Assembly (NCBI GenBank): GCA_019057635.1
Contig: DXJL01000092.1
Coordinates: 1 to 13,310 of the forward strand
Direction: 5' to 3'
DNA from: Candidatus Heimdallarchaeota archaeon
Lineage (GTDB): Archaea > Asgardarchaeota > Heimdallarchaeia > Hodarchaeales > Hodarchaeaceae
Length of the DNA: 13,310 nt
The position numbers and the translations under genes are program-made. The notes beneath the pieces were generated by a model. That model saw only the letters and a list, made by a program, of their open reading frames with translations, made no database searches and was not told where the DNA came from. Positions within the stretch are counted from its first letter, which is position 1, and each line of letters begins with the position of its first letter. Positions 1-7,984 of the stretch are shown here, piece after piece.

Positions 1-702
1 ACAGGACCAAAAAATTATCCTGTTGTCCCTGGTGTTCCCATTGCTGATATAGGTGGAGGAAGCTTACCGACCGTGATCACAGTTTTAGGTGCCTTGCTTC
101 AGCGTAAGGAAGAACCTCAATATTTTGACATTTCAATGGTTGAGCACCTTCTTCCATTCCTATCAGTTGTTGCGGCAGAATATATAGCAGGTTTAGGAGA
201 ACCTGAGAGAACTTTGCATGCTCTTTCAGGCTATATCCCTTGGTATGGTGTTTACCAAACAAAGGATCAGAAATTCATTTCATTTGCTCCCATTGAAAGC
301 AAATTCTGGAAGAATTTTTGTAATGCCGTAGATCGTTCTGATCTAATTGACAAACAACATAATTTAGAATTATGTGAGGTGGAACTCCCCAAAATCTTTT
401 CCTTGCGTACAACAGATGATTGGATTAATCTATTTGTTAAATTTGATATTCCAGGAGGAGAGGTTCTTACTTTAGATCCTATTTTCCGAAAGAAAGACAG
501 ATTGACAGAGGTAAATCATCCTGAATTGGGAGCAATTAAATTAATTTCTTCTCCATATCTTAATCCTAAAATATCACGCGATTGTCAAGTTGCTCCTAGC
601 TTAGGGGAACATACTAGAGAGATCTTAGAAGAAATCGGAATGAATGAAGACATAGAACGGTTCATGAAAAAAGGAGTAATAAGAACGAATAATTCTGAAT
701 AG
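1..702 (+). CDS. CaiB/BaiF (family III) CoA-transferase, 5'-truncated by window edge
   Basis: Frame 1 is open from base 1 (TGPKNYPVVPGVPIADIGGG..., with the catalytic Asp motif ADIGGG). It continues through DISMVE, YGVYQTKD and the typical C-terminal APSLGEHTREIL. The ORF-track start at 73 is internal. Ends in TAG at 700-702. Confidence 0.92.
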   Translation, partial: TGPKNYPVVPGVPIADIGGGSLPTVITVLGALLQRKEEPQYFDISMVEHLLPFLSVVAAEYIAGLGEPERTLHALSGYIPWYGVYQTKDQKFISFAPIESKFWKNFCNAVDRSDLIDKQHNLELCEVELPKIFSLRTTDDWINLFVKFDIPGGEVLTLDPIFRKKDRLTEVNHPELGAIKLISSPYLNPKISRDCQVAPSLGEHTREILEEIGMNEDIERFMKKGVIRTNNSE

Positions 703-758
703 AAAAATTGATCCTATCCTTCTAGTTGACTTATTGTATCTGATTATTCCATCTATTT

Positions 759-1871
759 TTACTTGGATGGAAGTGGTACAACCAGAGGGTATTCATCCTT
801 GATTCCCATTTCTGCGATCGTATCATTTGGATAAACAGTCATCTTTGTTTGGAGTGATACCATATACCCATCGTATTCAGTTCGTATGTAGCCATCATCT
901 AGAGGCCTACCGACAATATCTGTAAATTTTGCAATTGGTTGTCCCTTAGTAACATAATCTCCTGCCTTTACAATAAACCTGACTATACCTGATCTCTTTA
1001 CCCGTGGATGATCAAATCTTCTAACTCGCTCTGTCGGTTTTGGTACGGGAAATTCTGTTATTTGTTCAATAGATCCATCGAGCATTCCAGCCCATTTTAA
1101 AACATTCCTTGTACCTTTTACGGATCCAGTAATTACCTCAGGAACTAAAAATCGATTTTCCCCTAGCTCTGCAGTGAATGCAGGTATTCCTAGACTATTA
1201 AATGTAGATCCAGAAACCGATCTGTGAAGTTTCATTTTTAAGTATTTATTGGCTGGAAATTCGGCACATACTAGCATTCCAAAAGAATCAACCATTTCTT
1301 TTTGTTGTTTAAAGAGTTTTTCAGCTGCTTCTTTCTCGGATTCATCTTTATAGAATAATCGATCCAGGATCGCGTACGGAATTGATAAGAGTGAATGATT
1401 GTGGAAATCAATGTGATAATCTGCATATTTTTCAAAAATTGAGAAAATTTTGTTTGTTATATGCTCATATAATTTCGGGTATTCTTTATCACCGTTATCG
1501 CTATCTTTTTCCTTAAATTTTCCTTCTGGAAATAATCTATTTGGGTCTCTATCGTCATATTCAGCCTTGTGATGATACTTACGAAAGGCTGAAGGATTTA
1601 AGGTTGGAATTGCGATAACTGTACCTTTCAATTCTTGAGCTAGCTGTTCAGTTACCAATTCATGAATGACAGCCACTCCAGTAAGTTCAAAGCCATGGAC
1701 ATTTGCTGTTAAAAAGAAGGTTGGCCCATCCTTAAGGCCTTGAGCAATCATGACGGGAATTTTTTCTATAATTCCTGTAGGAAGCTCAATACCGTCAATG
1801 AATCCATAGGTTAATTTTCCAGGTTCACTCTTAGCGCTACCAATTTTTATTGCTTTCACCAGTTTAATCAC
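759..1871 (-). CDS. Succinylglutamate desuccinylase/aspartoacylase (AstE/AspA, M14-like zinc hydrolase) family protein
   Basis: HxxE zinc motif (NVHGFE), PTLNP, DPNRLFP, IDFH, catalytic Glu in TAELG, and a C-terminal biotinyl-like hybrid motif (VKAGDYVTKGQPIA). The true start may be GTG at 1859, because a GGTGA SD-like motif overlaps the 1871 GTG. Confidence 0.88.
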   Translation of the reverse strand: MIKLVKAIKIGSAKSEPGKLTYGFIDGIELPTGIIEKIPVMIAQGLKDGPTFFLTANVHGFELTGVAVIHELVTEQLAQELKGTVIAIPTLNPSAFRKYHHKAEYDDRDPNRLFPEGKFKEKDSDNGDKEYPKLYEHITNKIFSIFEKYADYHIDFHNHSLLSIPYAILDRLFYKDESEKEAAEKLFKQQKEMVDSFGMLVCAEFPANKYLKMKLHRSVSGSTFNSLGIPAFTAELGENRFLVPEVITGSVKGTRNVLKWAGMLDGSIEQITEFPVPKPTERVRRFDHPRVKRSGIVRFIVKAGDYVTKGQPIAKFTDIVGRPLDDGYIRTEYDGYMVSLQTKMTVYPNDTIAEMGIKDEYPLVVPLPSK

Positions 1872-2134
1872 CCTTATATTGATGTGAAAAGAGATTCTGA
1901 AAACTAGAATTTTGGTTCTTTAACAATCTTTAGTTCCCGTCAATCCCTATCCTAATAATTTTGAACAAAAGACCTAATGCATTTATGGATATATTTAATC
2001 GTGGATTGAATTTGGCATCTAATCCATTTAAGTGACAATCATTGATAGAAACATAGTTGATAGAGGACCACAGATTGCTAGATCTGGAAGTATCGTCCAC
2101 AGCTTAAATAAAAGGAAATTTGAGGTTCTGAACA

Positions 2135-3337
2135 GTGAAATCGATATCTTTCTTCAATTTCAACATATATACTTTAGCTACTACGAATTTTCTATGGGGA
2201 TTTGTCAATTTCGCGTTTATGATTCAAATCCAGCCATATTTAGTTTCAATATTTGAATCCAATCAAGCAGTTTTACAAATTGTCGGTATATTAATATCTA
2301 TAGGATCGCTTGCTGCAGTTATCCCTCTTCTTCTCGGTTTTCTTGCGGATTCATATGGAAGAAAAATAAATTTACTTTTTGGCCAGATTCTGAGCATTCT
2401 GGGATTATTAGGATTCGCAACAGGGATAACGGATATTTTTCTTCTATTACCAAGTTTTGTTCTATTCAATTTGGGTGTGGGGTTTTATGATGCGCCTCTA
2501 CAGGGACTTATTCACGAATCATCCACAAAAAATCGAGGGTTGGCTTTTTCTATAGTATATAATTCCTCCTATCTTGCTGGGATAATTGCATCATTTTTAC
2601 TTAGGGTCGGAGAAATGGACTTCAAGTTCTTCTTTCAACTAGGATTGTTCTTACTTCTCATAAGCGTTGTGATCAACCTTTCATTGCTTCACGATATCAA
2701 GCCTAATGCTCAGGAACTAGATTTTCCCTTGATTAGAATATTAAGGAATCCGACTTCACGATTAATTGTAATTACCTTTGCGATTGATGCCTTTATCTGG
2801 GGATTACCGCTATCTATTGCAAACACCATATATATACTTGTATTTAAAGTAGACATATCTTTTATTGCAACCTTAACATTGGTTGAGACAATAGTAATGG
2901 TTCTACTTGCCTATCCCGCAGGAATCTTTGTTGATAAATTTGGTAGGATCGCTGGACTCATTGTGGGTGAAATCGTGGGAATAATTTGGATCATCTTTGT
3001 TTTTGCTGCATTTTTTATGCCTGATCATGCTCAGAATTTTATTATTATAGCATATGCGTTTCTAGGGGCTGTAATAGCTTTTTGGCGTCCTTCAGTCACT
3101 CTCAGCTTTATCTCCATTGATTCAAATGCAGCGACCACAAATTTTGGAATCCTTGCTTTTTTCCAGCGTTTAGGTCGCGTACCTTCTGCATTTTTCGCTG
3201 GACTTCTTTTCCCATTTCTTGGATTTCCTCCCCTTCTATTAATAACCTTCTTTGGAACTTTCATAATCATAGGGATCTTCTATCGTATGGATAAGGACGA
3301 GAAAAACGAAAATGAGATAGAGATTATACTTAATTGA
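2135..3337 (+). CDS. Major facilitator superfamily transporter
   Basis: 400 aa with about 12 hydrophobic segments. MFS motif A appears in both halves (GFLADSYGRK; GIFVDKFGR). GAGGT SD-like motif at 2122-2126 precedes the GTG. Substrate is not determinable from sequence. Confidence 0.9.
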   Translation: MKSISFFNFNIYTLATTNFLWGFVNFAFMIQIQPYLVSIFESNQAVLQIVGILISIGSLAAVIPLLLGFLADSYGRKINLLFGQILSILGLLGFATGITDIFLLLPSFVLFNLGVGFYDAPLQGLIHESSTKNRGLAFSIVYNSSYLAGIIASFLLRVGEMDFKFFFQLGLFLLLISVVINLSLLHDIKPNAQELDFPLIRILRNPTSRLIVITFAIDAFIWGLPLSIANTIYILVFKVDISFIATLTLVETIVMVLLAYPAGIFVDKFGRIAGLIVGEIVGIIWIIFVFAAFFMPDHAQNFIIIAYAFLGAVIAFWRPSVTLSFISIDSNAATTNFGILAFFQRLGRVPSAFFAGLLFPFLGFPPLLLITFFGTFIIIGIFYRMDKDEKNENEIEIILN

Positions 3338-3407
3338 TATTTTTCCATATTCAGGACATAATATTCTCTTATTCTTGATTTGAAGAAAAAATTTTGGGAT
3401 GACCTCT

Positions 3408-4637
3408 CTACCATACTTTTTTCAGAAGTCTTAACGCATTTCCACCGATTACTTTAACAATTTCAGGATCGGAATACCCATGTTTGACCATCCATCGTGT
3501 AATATTCTGTAAGCATTCTGTTGGATTTTCCATCCCTTTTACGTAATCTGGTAGAACAGAGACTACTAACCCATCACCTTTTTGTCCAGGTCTTGTATAA
3601 TGTCCCAAACCTCCAGACTTTAGTTGCTCATCTTCCAAACGATATAAACCAACATGGTCCCCATAGAAACTATCAGGACCACAACCTACATATTCTATTC
3701 CTACTAAATCAATACAATATTCAAGATGTTGCATGTATGTTTCAATACTTGGAATAGGATCATCTTTTGTAGCTGTATAACCAGGAGCGGCCTCTATTCC
3801 GATCAAACCTCTGTTCTCAGCTAACTTATGAATAACCTCATCAGGAAACATTCGAGCAATTGGATTTAGTTCACGAGCTCCAGCATGAGAGACGATTAGG
3901 GGTTTTTTGCTTGATTCAATTGCATCTAAAGCTGTCTGATCACTTACATGACTCACATCTATCAAGATCCCCACTTTATTCATGCGGACTATGCAATCAT
4001 ATCCAAAATCTGTTAGTCCTCCATCACGTAGCTCGGCAAGACCAGAACCCAACATATTAGATTCACTGTAATTCAGACCCATTGAGCGTACCCCAAGGCC
4101 ATATAAGATATCCAATCGGTCAACTTCATTTTCAATACTAGAAACAGACTCAAGGACTGCAACCCAGGCAAGTTTCCCTGTCTCAAACGCGGTTACTATG
4201 TCTTTCACTGATTTACAATGAATTACGAATTCTTGATGTGCAATATCGCATAATCGTTGACCCAAATCATGAATTGTATCACTCCATTTCCAACCATGCT
4301 TACTGGTGATATTACAGCTACCATTCATTAAATTATCAAACACAGCATCTATACCTGAGTGGCTTAAAGCCTCATATGCCAAGTATTCGCGCCCTTCTCT
4401 TGAAATTGCACTGGATTCGCGTGCATTTTCTGGCATAATAGTTGGATGTTCATGTAAGTCAATCACGATACTTTTTTCCAGTATTTCTTCTACCCTCTCT
4501 TCTTCAGCCTTCAATAAAGGGACTAAATATGCCCATTCTTTTTTTATTGCATCTCTTAATTTGAATACACGATAATCAATTCCTGGAGTCAAGTATTGAT
4601 ATGCTTTGTATCCAGTGTATGTTTTATTTCTACCCAT
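3408..4637 (-). CDS. Membrane/renal dipeptidase family (peptidase M19) protein, no obvious signal peptide
   Basis: IDLHEH, AVLES, LYGLGVRSMGLNY, GLTDFG...MNKVGILIDVSH, IVSHAG, VGCGPD and the typical terminus GGNALRLLKKVW*. Confidence 0.92.
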   Translation of the reverse strand: MGRNKTYTGYKAYQYLTPGIDYRVFKLRDAIKKEWAYLVPLLKAEEERVEEILEKSIVIDLHEHPTIMPENARESSAISREGREYLAYEALSHSGIDAVFDNLMNGSCNITSKHGWKWSDTIHDLGQRLCDIAHQEFVIHCKSVKDIVTAFETGKLAWVAVLESVSSIENEVDRLDILYGLGVRSMGLNYSESNMLGSGLAELRDGGLTDFGYDCIVRMNKVGILIDVSHVSDQTALDAIESSKKPLIVSHAGARELNPIARMFPDEVIHKLAENRGLIGIEAAPGYTATKDDPIPSIETYMQHLEYCIDLVGIEYVGCGPDSFYGDHVGLYRLEDEQLKSGGLGHYTRPGQKGDGLVVSVLPDYVKGMENPTECLQNITRWMVKHGYSDPEIVKVIGGNALRLLKKVW

Positions 4638-4664
4638 TTCTTTTCATTCCTTCTATTGGCTGTA

Positions 4665-5414
4665 TCAATGCTTGAAAACGGTTGAATTAAGCTTTGTAAA
4701 GTCAGTTCCTGGATATGTGATTCGGCTATGCTTAAGTTGAAGATTCACAAACATTTCAGCCGTTTTTATGCTTATTTTTAGGGGATTTACAACTGGAACG
4801 CCAGTTTTTTCTTCTATTACATCATCTACCATTAGAAATGCCATTGACATACATCCAAGGACAACACTCCCAGCTCCTGAGCGCTTTGCTTTAAGAACGC
4901 TTTGTGTCATTTGTTCAAAGACAATATCCTTCTCCTTTCCCCACATGTCCGTGATTGGAGTATGGACAAATTCTATTGATGCTAACCTAGCTTCAAGTCC
5001 TTTTTCTCTTACTAATATACGAGTACTATCTTCAGACTCGATACCTGATTGTAATACGGTTAGAATACTAAATCTATCAGAAATCATACATGCAAAAAGT
5101 AAAGATGCTTCAGCAGGTCCAATAACGGGAATATCAAGCAGTTCTCTTGCTGGAGCTAGGCCAGGATCTCCTGCACATCCTATAATTATGGCGTCATATT
5201 TGTTCTCTTCTCGAATTAGTACCAATTTTCGTAACATTGGCCCAATGGCCATATATTCTTCAACTGCAGACTCAATAGATAACGGTCCCTCTCCTACTTC
5301 CATTACAGAAACGTGTGTATCAGAGTTGGCAAGTGAATTCGCAATAGACGTACGACGATCAATTTCATCAGCAGACATCCCTTTTCCAGGTAAGAGATAA
5401 AGAATTTTCATCAT
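4665..5414 (-). CDS. Asp/Glu/hydantoin racemase family protein
   Basis: Two catalytic-Cys motifs (IIGCAGDPG and VLGCMSM), GPLSIES and PVIGPAEA. I chose ATG 5414 over TTG 5426 because a GAGG SD-like motif lies just upstream. A 27-bp gap separates it from the dipeptidase, suggesting co-transcription. Confidence 0.9.
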   Translation of the reverse strand: MMKILYLLPGKGMSADEIDRRTSIANSLANSDTHVSVMEVGEGPLSIESAVEEYMAIGPMLRKLVLIREENKYDAIIIGCAGDPGLAPARELLDIPVIGPAEASLLFACMISDRFSILTVLQSGIESEDSTRILVREKGLEARLASIEFVHTPITDMWGKEKDIVFEQMTQSVLKAKRSGAGSVVLGCMSMAFLMVDDVIEEKTGVPVVNPLKISIKTAEMFVNLQLKHSRITYPGTDFTKLNSTVFKH

Positions 5415-5691
5415 TTCTGTCCTCAATAAGTGACAATATTACTCTAGTATAAATTGACGATAAACGTGAGAATTAGGATAATTTAAGTGTGAGAGATTAT
5501 ATTTTTTCTTAGTAGCAAATTATGTCAAACACTATTTTTACATCTGGAGGAAGTTAATAGTAATATCACCGATAGGGAGATTACGCATTCTATCTGCTTA
5601 TGTGTTGATTTTTTATATGAATTCGGATTATTTCTAACATTTTAATATCGATAAAAATGAATTAGATATTGTTGCTCAACGTTGCGTAAGG

Positions 5692-5699
5692 TTTATAAA
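5692..5699 (+). promoter_or_regulatory. Putative archaeal TATA box (TTTATAAA) for the vWA/WD40 gene pair
   Basis: Consensus-like TTTATAAA lies about 75 bp upstream of ATG 5773, preceded by the palindrome CAACGTTG (5677-5684). The AT-rich context limits specificity. Confidence 0.4.
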
Positions 5700-5772
5700 G
5701 GATGATCAATAAGGTGAGATCAGAAAATTAAAGTAGTTTGATTCCTCCTAAGAGAGACCATAGAATAAAAAT

Positions 5773-7938
5773 ATGAGAAAAAAGTATGATGGAATGATAA
5801 GAATGAAAATAAAAACACTAATTGGATTGATAATTATATTAATGAGTATATTTGCCTATTTAAATCTCTATCAAGAAGGAAGCTTTCTTAATATCGAAAA
5901 AACTAGCGCTATTCCTTTAGTGGTACCAATTGAGTCTAATGATATAACAATTGATATTACAAGTAATGCTAGTGCAATAGGACCTTATTCAAATATAGAA
6001 TTTTCCGTAGGATTAACAAATACACTAGATAAGTCCCTTTATGATATTTCACTCAATGTGAGTGCAAAATCTAACGACATAATAATAGATCCAGCTAGTG
6101 ACCCTTTATTTACGGTTTCTTCTCTTGATCCTGAAATACCCACCAATTTTTCATTCATTACAAAGTATTTAGAAGATTCTTCATCCTCTGCAGTAGATTT
6201 AGTACTTTTAATTGATGCCAGCGGGAGTATGCAAGACGAGATTGACGCTGTAATTGCTGAACTTAATAATCTAATATCTACTTTAACGACCGAAATACCA
6301 GACTTACGTATAGGTGTTATTGTCTTTGGATGGGCGAAGCACTCCGAATATCCTATGTCGAGTCAGTATAACTACGTGCCTTTAACAGATGATTTTTCCA
6401 GCATTACATCCTTTATAAATGGTTTATATGCTCAAGGCGGCGTTGAACCTTGGGGTGATGCTTTTCATCTTGCAAACACTTGGGATTGGCGAGTAGAAGC
6501 GGCCAAATTAATAATATTGGTAGGTGATGAAGATTGTGATCCTGGTAAAATCATTGGTCAAGATATGCAATCATCTGATAGTTACAACGGTTCAGATTTA
6601 TTAGATGTAGTGACAGAAATCAAAAATAAGGAGATTATGATCAGTACAGTCATTTGTGGAGGAGCAGATGATTTGACCATAAATCAGTTTCAATGGATTG
6701 CGGAATTTACTGATGGTACTTCTGTTTTTTTACCTGAACTGATCGCTGAAGGGATTAGCCTTCCTGAAATTATCGAAGAATGGACACTGGAATTGGGACG
6801 TGAATATTTTAAATTTTTCAATCTAACAGTTTTTTGGAGAGATACCCCAGATAGCTCTGGTGATGACTTCATTAACACTCAAATAGAAACTTTTTGGTTA
6901 GATTTTACTCCCCCCTCTGCTATTATCTCAAAGATGATTACTCCCTCAGGAATGGATAGTTATTCGGTTGAATTCTTCATAGAAGTAAGCGATATCTCTC
7001 CGATTGGGTTTGTCACCTTTTACCATAATGCATACGGTCCCTGGACAGTAGAGTACCTAACAGCTCTCGAGAACACATCTAATTATCAATTTAAATTACA
7101 CAATGTTGTGGGAGGAGTAAATCTCTCGTATTTTGTTGAAAGTTCTGATGTTCTGAATAATGCTGGTCAATCATCTATGTCTTGGGTTATTGTAGAACCG
7201 AAATTTGATGAATTTGGTGAAGAAACGGCATTTTGGGTTGAAGCAAACAAAACTATTTACACAAATATAAAAATTCAATTCACAGGCTCATATTATTTTA
7301 TATTATCGGGATCAGAAGAACTTAACCAAATCACAATGGATCTTACAGTGTTAGCCACAAATAATACAGTCCTTCCAACTCAAACTAGTCACGTTAATAT
7401 TAGTTCTCTGTATGGCCGCAAAATTTTCAAATATAATTTAGGTCCTGGTGACCATGCCGTTATTTTGTCAATTCCTTCTAACCTAGGCAATTTTTCGGTA
7501 TCTTACGTCTGGATAGATATGAAACAACCTGTAAATAACATTTTTACTGGGTCTATGACCGATCTCATACGAGCTTTTGGATTTGAATGGGAAGCTTCCG
7601 CAGATGAATATTTCAGTTTCATCTATCAAGCGGGGTCCCCTTTGGTTTTAAGAGCAGAAGTTTATAGCAGTAGCTGGGAACTTATTTCCACCTTTATTAT
7701 CGGTGAAAGTTTACAGTTAACGAAAAACGACACTTATTACATTCTAGTATGGGCTACACTTCGAACAGGAGAATTCACCATCCAGCTAACAGAGGATTCA
7801 CCATTAACAACTTATGATCCATATTACACTTATACTCGGGATGCTATGGCGGGTGCATCTTTTTTCCTTGAATCAGTCTTTACAATATTCCTCATTAGTA
7901 TATTGACAACCAAAATCAAGAAAAAGAAAAGGAAGTAA
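5773..7938 (+). CDS. Secreted, C-terminally anchored vWA (MIDAS) domain surface protein with Ig-like/beta-sandwich domains
   Basis: N-terminal signal/TM segment (KIKTLIGLIIILMSIFAYL; alternative start ATG 5803). vWA domain with DxSxS (DLVLLIDASGSM), GGVEPWGDA and LIILVGD. Beta-rich C-terminal half, 12 N-x-S/T sequons by hand count, and a terminal hydrophobic stretch followed by KIKKKKRK. Confidence 0.85.
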   Translation: MRKKYDGMIRMKIKTLIGLIIILMSIFAYLNLYQEGSFLNIEKTSAIPLVVPIESNDITIDITSNASAIGPYSNIEFSVGLTNTLDKSLYDISLNVSAKSNDIIIDPASDPLFTVSSLDPEIPTNFSFITKYLEDSSSSAVDLVLLIDASGSMQDEIDAVIAELNNLISTLTTEIPDLRIGVIVFGWAKHSEYPMSSQYNYVPLTDDFSSITSFINGLYAQGGVEPWGDAFHLANTWDWRVEAAKLIILVGDEDCDPGKIIGQDMQSSDSYNGSDLLDVVTEIKNKEIMISTVICGGADDLTINQFQWIAEFTDGTSVFLPELIAEGISLPEIIEEWTLELGREYFKFFNLTVFWRDTPDSSGDDFINTQIETFWLDFTPPSAIISKMITPSGMDSYSVEFFIEVSDISPIGFVTFYHNAYGPWTVEYLTALENTSNYQFKLHNVVGGVNLSYFVESSDVLNNAGQSSMSWVIVEPKFDEFGEETAFWVEANKTIYTNIKIQFTGSYYFILSGSEELNQITMDLTVLATNNTVLPTQTSHVNISSLYGRKIFKYNLGPGDHAVILSIPSNLGNFSVSYVWIDMKQPVNNIFTGSMTDLIRAFGFEWEASADEYFSFIYQAGSPLVLRAEVYSSSWELISTFIIGESLQLTKNDTYYILVWATLRTGEFTIQLTEDSPLTTYDPYYTYTRDAMAGASFFLESVFTIFLISILTTKIKKKKRK

Positions 7939-7984
7939 ATTGGTACCATTTCTTTAGAAAAAAACAGATAAGCTTGGTGTCTTT

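Noticed and set aside
2032-2256. 74-aa ORF overlapping the MFS start
   Set aside because: It overlaps the MFS gene out of frame, has no motif and covers the probable promoter region.
4768-5400. 210-aa ORF on the + strand
   Set aside because: It lies entirely antisense to the well-supported racemase, is Ser/Ile-rich and has no recognisable motif, so it is a shadow ORF.
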